A stretch of DNA of 64,000 bases from Botryllus schlosseri (taxonomy: Eukaryota), in assembly GCA_051294905.1 (NCBI GenBank), contig CM119371.1, positions 41,480,001 to 41,544,000 of the forward strand, given 5' to 3'. Within the stretch, counting starts at the first letter, position 1. The number at the start of each line of letters is the position of its first letter. A program made the position numbers and the translations under genes. Shown piece after piece: positions 51,101 to 61,525 of the stretch. The notes beneath the pieces are model-generated. The model was not told the DNA's origin, did not search any database, and saw nothing but the letters and a program-made list of their open reading frames with translations.

Positions 51101-54100
51101 ACTGGGCCTACCAAGACAGGCATTTCATAGTAATTTCGAGGAATAGTAAAGTCACCACTCTATTATTAGGCCTACTTCGCCTATCAGTACTGGTACTTGA
51201 AATTGCGACCAGAAACTGTTTTAAGTGATGAAAATTAGTATATTATGAATGAGAAGCTTTCGATATCACGAACACAGTTGTAAAAAGTGAGTTTCGCATG
51301 GCATTAACGCGGAGCTAAACAGTCAACATGGACTTGAACTTGGACTAGTGTCAAAACAATATGACTCGAACTTGACTCGACTGCGAATTGAAAATGACTC
51401 GACTTGAGTCGAGTCAAATCTATAGAAGTGGGATTGACTTGTGACCCGGAGCCTTGTGACTTGGTTACAACCCTGAGATAAACCTCCAACACTTGGGTAC
51501 GAATTTTGAATGTAAGGAATACGGACATAATGAGCTCACCTTGAAAATCCCGTTCAGCATACTCTCGATTTCGGACTGCTGGTCTTCAAGCTGTAACAGA
51601 CATCATAGCGATAGTTGTTATAAATGCAAGTTACTGGACACATGCGAAGTTATGGACATATATCACCGGTCAATACTGAGCAAAAGTGCTTTACGTTGAG
51701 AAAGTCAAAATGACTTTTTCGACTAAATTGAGTTGTGATATTGAAGTAGGTGTACAATCTAAAACTAGCAGTCTGTTCATCTTGATCATATTTTGTGATA
51801 CGGTTGTGGATATACAATATTCTTTCCAATTCTCCACTAGTTGCTGACGATTACCCCTGACGAGTGTCAGCTGAAAATATTCGAGATTCTATCAATAAGT
51901 AGGCCTACATATTATTCAGAAGTAGAACAAGAAAACTGATTTCATTAGCTACGCGAGCTTTTAACACCTCGATTTGTAATCTTTTAGCTAAACACCAAAC
52001 TAATACCGTTTTTATTGTGCCTTACAGAGTAACAATAACAATTGTGATGAAAAACTCCTTACATCTTTCCGTTTTTCCAGCAGCAAATCGAGTTTTTCCG
52101 TGGCGCGTTTATTGGCGGCCTTCGCCCTTTCCCCTTCGTACTGTCTCTGCGTATTGTCCAGGTTGACGCTGAGAGCCAACGCCACGTTGACCAGGGCGGT
52201 CATCAGCTTCATAGCTGAAAATATTCAACATTGAGGTCAATGATACAAGTCATAATTTTGAAATGCCCTGGCAGAATACATTCACATTTCAGAAAGCATA
52301 CTTGTACTGATCAAGTTATTTTGATTTTAGACAACTTACAGACAACCAAACGCATACCTGCCAATGTCGCCGTGTGCCGAAAGGCTCGCACTTGCGAATT
52401 GCTCAATTCCGTCAACAGCGTCAGCACGTTGTCCATCATAAACTGATCGTAGATGATCTGGTACTGGCACTGCCTTACCAGGGCCTGAAATACAAGTTTT
52501 TAAAATTAACAGAATATAATTTTTTTTTCAAAATCATCAGAAAATATCCTCAATGTATTATTGTTATGGACAATTCAGTAATATCGACTGCAAAAAATGA
52601 TTCCAAAAACTTAGAAATTGATATGTTGTCTATAAACTTTTGTAGAAAATATGCTCTTGAAGACACTCTTGAAGGTCCATAACTACAATATACAATTGAA
52701 TAATATATTCATATTGATATATATTAGAAAGTATATTGAGCTCAAGAAAGCTTTTCACCTCAATTATTGAAAATTTCATGCCTGTGACGTGATATTTTGT
52801 GATAGGATTGTTGATATACAACGTTCTTTTCCATTCTCTATTCGTTGCTGACGATTACCCCTGACGAGTGTCAGCCGAAAATATTCAGGTTCATTTCAAT
52901 ATTAATATATTACCCGAAATTATGTCTTATACATAGGAATAGCAAATTTCAAAAGGTTTGCATAAGTCGAATGGTAAACTGTAGCTATAATTCCTGCAAA
53001 TACTATAATAATCGTGGGATTCGTGGCATACAAATGCAAAGCCTATAACCTACAGTGTATAGTGTGTTGTGCTATTGATTAAGTGTCATATAGTCCTCTG
53101 CAAGCATCTCTTCTTTTGAATAAAAAATACGCAAGAGGGTGTTTGCTATAACAAATACCTGCACAAAATCCGCAAAGTTTGTCCTAAACTTCTTCAAGCT
53201 CACGCCAGACGCAATAAGCGGGTAATCACCACTGTCCTGTAATAGCAAGACAACATGTTAACATTTTCAACGTTTAGAGTCAGACTCGGGTCACGATTTT
53301 ATGGTGACTCGACTTGAGTCATTTTTTCAAAGGCGTATATGACTCGATTAGAGTCAATTTGTGTATCGACTCTACCTGTACACGAGTCATTGTGCATGAC
53401 TTGAACCAAGTCATATGAGTCGAGACTAGGACGGCCAAGACAGACATTTTCTTGTAACTTGGAAGAGTAGTAAAGTCACTACAAAATTGGTGTTTTGTCT
53501 ATCAGTCCTGATACTTAAAAAATTGGCCTGGAAACTGTTAAGTAAGACGGAGGAAAATTACGGCATTATGAATGCGAGCCATTCTATATCACTCGAGGAT
53601 AATTGAAAAGATGGATTTACCCGAATTGAACTCGGACTCGAGTCCCAACACTATGACACAGACTTGACCCTCTACTCACTGACTTGGACTCGACTTGACT
53701 CTGTGGTGAATTGAAAATGACTCGACTTGACTCAAGTCAAAACTATAAAAGTGAGATTGACTTGTGACTCAGAGCCTTGTGACTTGGTTACATCCCTGAC
53801 TCAAATACTTGACTCAAAGCCTATTACTCGATACTCTACCGAAAGAAAAGGTCTCCGAACGTTGCTATGCCATTCCACAAACCTCGTCAAACTCTTCAGT
53901 CATCCTTTTGATGACGTCTTGAAAGCCTTCGGAGGCGTCACGCAACATTTCGGCCGTCACAGTACCCTTGCATCCGGAGGCGTTGATAAAGAATTGAATC
54001 AGGTCCAGGAGAGCTTCGTTACGGTCAACCTGCGGCAAAAAAACGCAATAAATTGAAGACTCTGTTACAGACTTGTACAACTAAGTGTAAGTGTAAGTTC

Positions 54101-56574
54101 TAGTTGCGATTTTGAAAAGTGAGTAGGCCTACCGTAATTTTCCATGTATAATGCGCCAAATTTTACCCAATTTTTGTCCTAAAATTGAGGGGGTGCACAT
54201 TATGCATGGGTACAACAATTCTTGAAAAAAATCCCTCTCAAAATAAAATTTGAAATCACACATTTCTTCGTGTTTATTGTCAACCGTGCACCACACTCAT
54301 CCACCCAGCCCAGTAATTCGTATTAGCAGTGTTGGAGCTGCCAATTAGCGAGAAGCATGTTGCCAATTAGTGAGATAAGTCTTCACAGCATGCGATCTCG
54401 TGCTGAGTTGGTTTTTGATTTGTACGCGAGCGAAATTAGTTCATTGATTGCCGCATATCTACAACAGGCCATTTGCGCAAGATATAATCACTGGCCTAAA
54501 CAGTCGCATCTCCCACTGGGCTTGTGCGCAATATTTAATTGTTGGCCTGAGCAATCGCATCTGTAATAGGCCTGGTGCGCAAGATATCGTGGCTGGCCTC
54601 AACTATCACGTCTCGGGCCTCACAGGCTTTGGCTCCTATTTACAATCGTTTAGAGACAATGCCGTCAAGTTTATAATGATTAGCGATTGTTATGTCATGA
54701 TTGTTCAATAGTGACATCGGATCGCGGCGAGCAGACTTCAACGTGCGTATTCGATTTCCACTAATACTAAAACATAACCATCGCTGGTAACTTATCATAC
54801 ACGCTAGTTTGTGAACACGAGAAGCTTGTATAATCGGCATTTACGCATGTACTATTCATGTACTGCGAGTGCAGGGTGCATACTACACATGGATAAAGGT
54901 TTTTTCCAGAATCTACATGTTATTTCCGGGGTGCGCATTATAGATGGGACGTATTATTCATGGAAAATTACGGTAGTTCTAGTTCTAGTTGCGCAGTAGC
55001 CTGTATAAGTCTGATTTGTCGTGATTACATTTTGGGCAAGCTTTGATTTTTGAAGGTTGTTCTGTTTGCGAAATTACCGTAGTCAGGCACCCTTGACATC
55101 ACAATAAAGGTAGCCATCAAACCAGCTAAGCAGTACCTTGTAGGCTTCAATCCAATCGTCCACAATAGCAGTCATGGCCATCTTCCCTTGCTTCACAACT
55201 TCAAAAAGAGTTCCGGCCACGTTGGCGTCTTGCCTCAAACGTTTCGGAGGATGCTGCGGAAAAAAAAAGAGGAATGTGATTGCACGAGTATAAGCAGAGC
55301 AAAGTCCTCAAAGTAGATACTCGAGTTTAGGAAGTAGGCTACTTCTAAAGAAATGATCATTTAGGGTTTAACTACTTGGCAACACTCTCTCAGATGGCTA
55401 TGATTTTAGGCTGCTTCCACTCGTGTTCTCAGATTTTTTAGACAAAACCAGGGATGGAATACTAACATATTTAGAGTAGAAATTTAGGCCGTAAGTCTTA
55501 CTTCTGAAAAAGAAGAGGCACCCCTTATCGACAATCTCTGGTTAAGAGCGAGACCATTGAGTACTCTATGAATGCGTCAGATTCATTTCAGCCTAGTAAA
55601 AAATGAGTTGAACCTTGGTTCAATCTCGAGACTGAACAGTGGGGTTGTTGAAATTTTTTTTTTCCGGATCTAAGGAATTCACCTATTAAATTGTTAGGTT
55701 GCCCAAAAAAATGGTAGATGTGAACGGCTATTATTGCGAATCCAAAATTTGCAACTGAAATCGCTTCCCTTCTACCGATAAGAAGGGAGTAAAAATTGTT
55801 AAACACCATTCTCTAAGACAACAGGGGTGTTGTTCATGGGTTTGACAGTAAAATAAAATCTTCGAATTCTTTTAAAGAAATTCAAAATCTTCAAACTCCT
55901 GTGCGTTTATATCTACCAGTTGGAATCAAACCAAAGTCGGTGTATAGCGTTTTTTAGGCAATATAACAATTTAATTCGAGAATCCCACGAATCCTAAAAA
56001 AAAAATTATAAGCAACGCTACTGAATGATAGTAAACAGTATGACTTGGACTCGAGTTTCAACGCTACGACTCGGAAATGATCCTTTCCACCCTGACCTAG
56101 CTGTGAATTGAGAATGACTCGACTTGAGTCAAAACTATAAGAGCAAAATTGACTTGTGACTGAGAAGCAGGGTTGTAACCAAGTCAAGATCGCTACTTCC
56201 TCTGGTACCGTTGTAACCAAGTCAAGTCAATTTTTTTTACTTTAGTTGCAAATCGCTACTTCCTCTGGTACCGTACTTAAGTGTGAATTTGAGTATGGTA
56301 TGCGGAAAGGAACATATAATTTCAGTACCTGAATCATCACAATTAACACTAGAATCATTGTACCCAATAGTACTCATACCTTGGCTGGGCACAGCTACAA
56401 TTATCTTGAGCCTAAATACGTTGAATCGAAACGATAAGTAAGTTAATTCAAGCTTACAATTACTCTTCCTCCTCTGCCGCGTTTCTTTCCAACTTTCCTC
56501 ACTTGTCCATCGTTTTCCATATCACTGTCAGTCCCACTGCCGCTGTCCTCATGCATTTGCTGATGGCTGGCCAT
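27157..56574 (-). CDS. STAG1: Cohesin subunit SA (stromalin, STAG1/2/3 family); 1178 aa without and 1764 aa with the large exon
   Basis: Exons, all GT-AG with consistent phases: 56574-56464 (alternative donor 56458), 55253-55137, 54029-53883, 53236-53159, 52484-52358, 52214-52063, 51590-51540, 50789-50643, 49965-49787, 47404-47179, 45685-45464, 45142-44970, 44071-43858, 42380-42207, 41540-41352, 39224-39047, 37281-37152, 36875-36773, 35888-35740, 34720-34589, 34529-34474, 33369-33290, 31952-31839, 31746-31709, [30781-29024], 28120-28053, 27713-27547, 27171-27157. Hallmarks: [109 protein letters not shown]. The symbol is nominal: orthology among vertebrate STAG1/2/3 cannot be resolved by eye. 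Confidence 0.95.
28400..28960 (+). repeat. ~40-bp degenerate minisatellite (TAGCTATAATTCTAATTCTAATCTAATT...AAAAAAACTG)
   Basis: About a dozen diverged units. The same unit recurs at about 40200-40850, 41180-41330, 42080-42150 and 50900-50940. Confidence 0.8.
29024..30781 (-). CDS. Large putative cassette exon of STAG (1758 nt, 586 codons, low-complexity/disordered)
   Basis: Stop-free frame with acceptor tcttgccctgtag at 30782 and donor AG|gttgag at 29023. Both boundaries are phase 2, matching the flanking exons (31709 ends phase 2; 28120 starts phase 2). The donor is weak. Confidence 0.7.
31100..31501 (+). mobile_element. GACTCGAGTC-family hAT MITE
   Basis: CAGGGTTATAA ... TTACAACCCTG; TSD gttacaaa / gtcacaaa (7/8). 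Confidence 0.8.
32447..33012. mobile_element. Inverted pair of Penelope-like retroelement 3' ends
   Basis: The left arm (minus) encodes [36 protein letters not shown], a GIY-YIG endonuclease C-terminus of Penelope type (LExxxIxxxxPxLCxQ), then a 3' UTR with a hammerhead motif. The right arm is its diverged reverse complement. Confidence 0.8.
32486..32529 (-). ncRNA. Hammerhead ribozyme motif, predicted inactive (GAAA to GAGA)
   Basis: GCTGAC-GATT-ACCC-CTGACGA-G-TGTCAGC-C-GAGA-ATAT-TC-TGGT. Confidence 0.55.
33549..34110. mobile_element. Fold-back element family with GGGTTGTTCAAAA-like ends
   Basis: 33550-33620 is the reverse complement of 34040-34110 and the interior is palindromic. Related diverged copies start at about 35079, 42891, 50007 and 55641. 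Boundaries are approximate. Confidence 0.55.
37812..38863. mobile_element. Sola2-like non-autonomous fold-back DNA transposon
   Basis: GGG...CCC termini, 4-bp TSD ACTG, and a nearly whole-length diverged palindrome. Inserted into a GACTCGAGTC MITE (37614-38940). Second copy at 61526-62593. The superfamily is inferred from the GRG termini and 4-bp TSD. Confidence 0.7.
41000..41173 (-). mobile_element. tRNA-derived SINE
   Basis: Minus-strand head GATAGCGTAATGGTGAAGCG ... GGGTTCGATTCCCGGCCGGG (A and B boxes), followed by a non-tRNA body GTCAGACCAAAGAC ... TTCCCTGCTTGGCGCTCA. Confidence 0.75.
42972..43237 (+). mobile_element. 5'-truncated Penelope-like element (endonuclease C-terminus + 3' UTR/pLTR)
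   Basis: Colinear with the 32447-32715 arm (TGTGCCTTGGAGTCGACTTT ... ATAGTACATTGA ... hammerhead ... TATACTATTCAATT). Inserted in a fold-back element. Confidence 0.8.
43165..43208 (+). ncRNA. Minimal type I hammerhead ribozyme, intact
   Basis: Stem I ACCC (43175-78) / GGGT (43205-08); core CTGACGA (43179-85); stem II G-C closing loop TGTCAGC; GAAA (43195-98); palindromic stem III AATATT; cleavage after TC (43204). Upstream GCTGAC is complementary to loop II GTCAGC. Confidence 0.8.
45937..46524 (+). repeat. 188-bp tandem repeat, about 3.1 near-identical units
   Basis: ATGAGTCACATACTCG starts at 45937, 46125, 46313 and 46501. Each unit is built from ~19-bp CTCAAAGATTAATACTTGA-like subunits. 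Confidence 0.95.
46701..47130 (-). mobile_element. GACTCGAGTC-family hAT MITE, reverse copy
   Basis: Starts CAGGGTTGTAACCAAGTC, the reverse complement of the family's right end. Confidence 0.8.
47593..48760. mobile_element. Non-autonomous DNA transposon (hAT- or P-like)
   Basis: Perfect 14-bp TIR CATAGGCGCCGAAC / GTTCGGCGCCTATG, perfect 8-bp TSD CTATCACC, GGCATGC subterminal repeats and a CpG-rich non-coding interior. Confidence 0.9.
48910..49420 (+). mobile_element. GACTCGAGTC-family hAT MITE
   Basis: CAGGGTTATATTGACTCGAGTC start, near full length. Other copies at about 18640, 37614, 39470, 41620, 44250, 53277, 56040 and 56763. Confidence 0.8.
51014..51475 (+). mobile_element. GACTCGAGTC-family hAT MITE (reference copy)
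   Basis: TIR CAGGGTTGTAA / TTACAACCCTG with perfect 8-bp TSD AGATAAAC (nnnTAnnn). Confidence 0.9.
51843..51886 (+). ncRNA. Hammerhead motif in a Penelope-like fragment (about 51790-51890); core intact, stem I weakened
   Basis: GCTGAC-GATT-ACCC-CTGACGA-G-TGTCAGC-T-GAAA-ATAT-TC-GAGA. Confidence 0.55.
52847..52890 (+). ncRNA. Hammerhead motif in a Penelope-like fragment (about 52765-52905); core intact, one stem I mismatch
   Basis: GCTGAC-GATT-ACCC-CTGACGA-G-TGTCAGC-C-GAAA-ATAT-TC-AGGT. Confidence 0.65.
54132..54973. mobile_element. Tc1/mariner-pogo-like MITE
   Basis: TA-CCGTAATTTTCCATG ... CATGGAAAATTACGG-TA: 15-bp TIR with TA TSD. Confidence 0.85.
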
Positions 56575-57589
56575 ATTGTTTCTCTATGTATAATCACACT
56601 AAGAAACTAAACATACAAAAATATATATTGATATATGTGCACAAAGACATCATAGTAGGGAACTGATAATTATTATAATAGTACAAAAAGCGACCAAAAA
56701 GGAAGGAACTGAAGGCTTGAATTACTAGTCATGGCTCGTGGCTGCTGTGAGGTATAATATGGCAGGGTTGTAATGACTGAAGTACCGAGTTTTTGGTGAC
56801 TCGACTTGAGTCAATTCCAGTATTGACTCGACGTGTATCAAGTCAAATGACTCGAGACTCGGAACGTTAAGACAGTCATTTCGTTGTAAGAATAGTAAGT
56901 TATACCACACTTTTGGTATTTACTATCTGTACTCGTATAATTTGTAAAATAAGGCCAGAAACTGTGCAGGTTTCAACTTGACTCTGTGGTTAATGGAGAA
57001 TAATTCAAATTCAGTCAAAACTCTAAAAGAAGAATTGACTTGTGACTTGGTTACAATACTGATATAGCAGCCTAACGTACTATTACACTAGCTATCACAT
57101 CACAGGCTTGACAATTTTTACTTAAACTCAATTTAGTAGACTTGATGATCCACCGTTATCACTACAACTGTTGGTGTGAATATCAGTCATACTAAAACAC
57201 ATGGGTCGAACAGACGCGGCAATTTAGAGAATCACTTAGCAGATTTGATCCAGAATACATATTACAAATCTGTGTGGTGCATCATTACAAAATGAAGGTC
57301 CTACATTCACTTAGACAAGCTTGAAATAATAATTGATTGAACACCTTGCGGGTTTAGAATACAATAATGAGATAACTATCAATGTAATATAGTCCACAAT
57401 GGTTGGCTTAATACAATTATTTTTAGCATGGCATGGACAGTGGATACAGTCACAATGACGCTGAAGACAGCCTTTGAGAAATAAATTTACAAATTTAAGC
57501 CAATCATTCCAAAGGTGTCTATTAGCTAGGCTAAACCCATTCCAACTAAGCTTAATGCATGAAACAGTTGGATGGTGGAGTGTTATGAT

Positions 57590-57784
57590 CAATGTTCCCT
57601 CTAAGCTGCGCACGTGCGCAAATGCGCAGTGCTGACACGGTCTCTGCGCACAGAAAATCTAATTTGCGCACAAAAATAAGGAGTGATGACTATTTTTTTA
57701 GTTTTACGCACTGTTGTCCAAGGGTCTGCGCAGTGAGTTGGTGAGTGTGCGCAGACTCGTAAAAAATTAAAGGGAACATCATTG
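57590..57784. mobile_element. hAT-like MITE, CAATGTTCCCTCTAA family
   Basis: CAATGTTCCCTCTAA ... TTAAAGGGAACATCATTG, perfect 8-bp TSD GTTATGAT, TGCGCA repeats. Confidence 0.8.
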
Positions 57785-59118
57785 GTTATGATGTATTATA
57801 TGCTATACCCGTACCTACATGAGTATTACTATAGTAATAAAATAAGCTTTAAGATTTCATCACAGTAATTAACTGCTGGTAAAATTACGCCAATACTGAC
57901 AATACAATAAATATCGATATCAGACTTTAATATTTGATAATCGCTAAATTACCAGGTAATTAAATCATTAACACACAGCGCACAGCATAGGCCTACTAAT
58001 AATTATCACAATGGTTGATCATAAAGTGTAAAAAGTTGAAATACAGTGGCATAAATTTTTACGAAAATATATTCTCGCTTCTATCTGCAGGTAGTATGAG
58101 TAAAATTACTTTACAATGAAATTGAAAATATAACGCAATCAACAGTATCGGAGGGTGTACAATATAGCGGTGCAAAATGATATGGAAATTTGCCACGTGT
58201 AACTTGATTCCAATATGAATAAAACTGAAGCTATGTAGTAGTAAGTTCTTTCGCAGACTCACAAATAAAAAATTGACAAAACAGTTTGAAATAGCTAAAT
58301 TAGGATGAAAGCATTGCATTCAACCAACACAACAGCAGAAATAATGTCGAACTTCTCTTGTTAAAAGTGTGTTTAAAAGAACCAAACTTTACTTCGAAAT
58401 ATTTCAAAAACCATTTCATATTTTCTGCCAGTTTTGGGTTATCAACATTAAGAAGAGCAAATCTAGCTGAAGAAAACCAAGGATGATGGCGCAGATGACA
58501 ATATATTTATAGAACAGTTAGAATATGCCTCCAATATACCTTTCACATTTGTGAGAAGCTAACTAGAAAAATATTAGCATGAAGCAATAACAGGATATCA
58601 ATTGCTAAGTAATATTATAAATTGAGGAAAGAAAATCAAACCCTACAGGCCTAAAATGAGTGTCGAACTTCAAGATTTGATTCCACAAAAATATCAAATA
58701 GAATAAAGAAACATATGAAATCACTGTACAAAATAGTTTGTGAAATAGTGGATATTCATGATAACTGATCAGTGGTTTTAACAGTTTGGGTGTATCAAAA
58801 TTACAGAGTATTAGAATATCTGAAAGGCCGCAAGCACAACATTCTAAAACATGGCAAAGTAAAAGTCCGCAAATGTTCAAAAACACCACTTTTGTGACGA
58901 GGTCGAGGAGCCCCAAATTTAGTATATACTTGTGTTATGTAATAGTCCATAAGTCAACGCATTCTTCAACTTGGTAGAATTAGACAGGAGAAATGGCAAT
59001 ATTCTAGTTGAGATCATAAGAGCACTGTACCAAAAAACGTACTTTGTATGTACTTTTTGTTTTAAACCATCTTTAAAAATCTGACTTGTGAAATCGAGTC
59101 ATGCATCAACTCCAACCT

Positions 59119-60606
59119 TTACTGGGAGACGACAATTTCCAAGTCATCGTCGCTCGAATGCGAGGTAGCTGGCATTCTGATTTCGACTTGAGGGCTAGGG
59201 GGTGTCGAGTGTGATTTAACTTGCAAGCGTGGCTTGCCATCTTCAGGAATGAACACGGATGAATGAGGAGACAGGTGTTTTTTAGAGGTGACTTTTTCGG
59301 AAGACACATATTGTAAGTCACCGTCACTAACACATCTGGCTGTATCAATTGATGACGACCTGTTGATACCGATTATAACTGAATCACTGATAACAGACCC
59401 ACTGCTGATTACAATATCTGAAAGCATGTCTCCTGTTAAGTGTAGTTGTTCATCATGGCACGATCCCAATTCATATCTTTCCTTCAATATTCTTCTCACA
59501 GCGTCGCGAAGAGGCAATTGCATTGACGCAATTGCGACATGGTCATTGCTTTTCAGAAATGACTTCTTTTTATGCATAAAAACTGACACTGTAACAATTT
59601 GTTGTGCGATATCTTCATTCCTGATGGATAGAAATTCTAAATTTAACGCGGGATTGAATTTGATGATGGCCGAATCATTGCTCCAGAATGATTCACGACC
59701 CGTCACAGTGTCACGTATAGGTGAATCCTCAGTACCATTTGTGTCAAGTTTAATAACATCTGATTTAGAAGTGACTTCTTCCTTGGTTACATCGTGATTA
59801 ATGCATCCTTTGATGTGTAACAGAATGGATGAATCTTTTTTGGACAGTTCGAAAGTCTGCAAACGCGTCAAGATTAAATTCGATATCGAAATTACGAGCT
59901 TAGAAGTTTTTCTGTTGTACTGAAATGCGAGGGTCAGGTATCCAGCTATGCCATCATCGATTGAAGAGCCTAATGACGTCAAACTCTGCAATGACGAACA
60001 GGACTTGGCTGAAAATTCACCAGAAAGACTTGACGACAGTGTCCGTAGAGTCACTGGTTTAATACCGCCGTCAAATTCGGATTCGTCAGATATCGTTAGT
60101 TTTGGTAAACTGCCTGAATAGCCGACATCAATATTTTTGTTTTTTCGACCACTTTTTGTGGTTTTGTGATGCGTTTTTTTGACAGAACGTTTATCAAATT
60201 GTACCGAGCTTTTTACATGAATTCCGTACTTTGAAAGCACTATTTTACAACTTTTATGCCGCGTTACTTGAGAGACAGTTTGGCCTTTGTGACTTTCCAC
60301 AGTTAAGTCCCCACCGGCTGATAACAGATATTCCAAACATTCCGAATAACCTTCGGAGGCTGCGTAATGCAAAGGCGTGTATCCGTTAAGGTAATCTTTT
60401 TTGTTACAATCTCCCCCGTGCGTGACGAGTAGTTTTAGTAACTCCAGTTCTCCGTTATTGGCTGCTTCGTGCAACGCGTTCCATCCAAACAATCCTATTG
60501 AGTTTGGGTCTATTCCGTTATCCAGGGCTGTTTTGGCGCCATCGCGATCTTCACAGTGAACGGCTAAATGCAATTCGTTGTCTTGTAGATTATCTGAGTC
60601 TGACAT
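59119..60606 (-). CDS. Intronless 495-aa protein: three N-terminal ankyrin repeats, Ser-rich linker, degenerate C2-like domain
   Basis: Ankyrin consensus NELHLAV, GWNALHEAANNGELELLKLLV and GYTPLHYAASEGYSECLEYLL. AGYLTLAFQYNRKTSKLVISI ... QIVTVSVF ... NDHVAI ... LPL resembles a synaptotagmin-type C2 fold. First ATG at 60606, with acceptor-like AGs just upstream. Confidence 0.85.
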   Translation of the reverse strand: MSDSDNLQDNELHLAVHCEDRDGAKTALDNGIDPNSIGLFGWNALHEAANNGELELLKLLVTHGGDCNKKDYLNGYTPLHYAASEGYSECLEYLLSAGGDLTVESHKGQTVSQVTRHKSCKIVLSKYGIHVKSSVQFDKRSVKKTHHKTTKSGRKNKNIDVGYSGSLPKLTISDESEFDGGIKPVTLRTLSSSLSGEFSAKSCSSLQSLTSLGSSIDDGIAGYLTLAFQYNRKTSKLVISISNLILTRLQTFELSKKDSSILLHIKGCINHDVTKEEVTSKSDVIKLDTNGTEDSPIRDTVTGRESFWSNDSAIIKFNPALNLEFLSIRNEDIAQQIVTVSVFMHKKKSFLKSNDHVAIASMQLPLRDAVRRILKERYELGSCHDEQLHLTGDMLSDIVISSGSVISDSVIIGINRSSSIDTARCVSDGDLQYVSSEKVTSKKHLSPHSSVFIPEDGKPRLQVKSHSTPPSPQVEIRMPATSHSSDDDLEIVVSQ

Positions 60607-61525
60607 GAATACCAACTATATATGATCTGCACAGAGAATGTAGTAGAAGATGAAATAGAATTTGAATACCCAAAAACAAGCATAAAGTTAGCTAAATAGG
60701 CCAATAATTCTGTCTTGTACGGAAGTCTCAAAGCGATGATTTACGTTGAGACTGTGCTGAATGATGGTAGTAATTGTCGGATTACATATTTTCATTCGAT
60801 CAAGACACACGATTGTAGGCTATACAATGCAATGATGGTTGAAAGTTTATTAAAAAAGTGAGGTCAAAACAAAAATGTAACAACAAAAGCATCACAGAAC
60901 TATCGGACCTGAGCAGCATCGTTATAACAATAGTCTACAATATAATTCTGAAAGCAGTAGGCCCATTGAAGATCTATTAGCGGAAAAAGAGTAATCAAGG
61001 TATATTGTTGCACATATTCTCTAACATAGGAGGACACACATATATTCACTATTATTAGAGAGAGAGAGTCTTTAATTTCATCCAACCAAAATACACAACA
61101 ACACACGGCAATGATGATGGTGGTACATAAAATATGCATGCACTGCACACTTGCACAGCATTCGGTATTACTATTAGATAGGAATGATGATCGATACGAC
61201 CTTGGGTCAACTAGTCTGATCACACCCGCATTAAACAGGTACACCTGACTCCAAACAGTCTGGCTGTAAAAAATGTTAGTTAAAGAAAGGAAAATGAAAG
61301 AAAAAGCACACGATGATAGCAAATGATCAAAGAATTATTATAGTACCCAGTACGGTAGGTTATTTATTCATTCATTCATTTGCTAATTGCCATAAATGAA
61401 AACCAAGGCGAAGTAATTCCCTATATTATCCCTCAGCCTTAAGTAGGCTATTACTTTGGTTCTGTTCAACTAGGGCTCAAGGGCTGCAATTTACTTTGAA
61501 TATCCATTAACTGCAGGCCGCAGCC

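Noticed and set aside
27157..56574. U12-type or non-canonical introns in STAG
   Set aside because: All 27 inferred introns are GT-AG and none has the GTATCCT donor.
59288..59797. Antisense ORFs here and at 780-1130, 9294-9973, 20421-20684, 29620-30378 and 43684-44049
   Set aside because: Shadows of real minus-strand coding sequence with no independent protein features.
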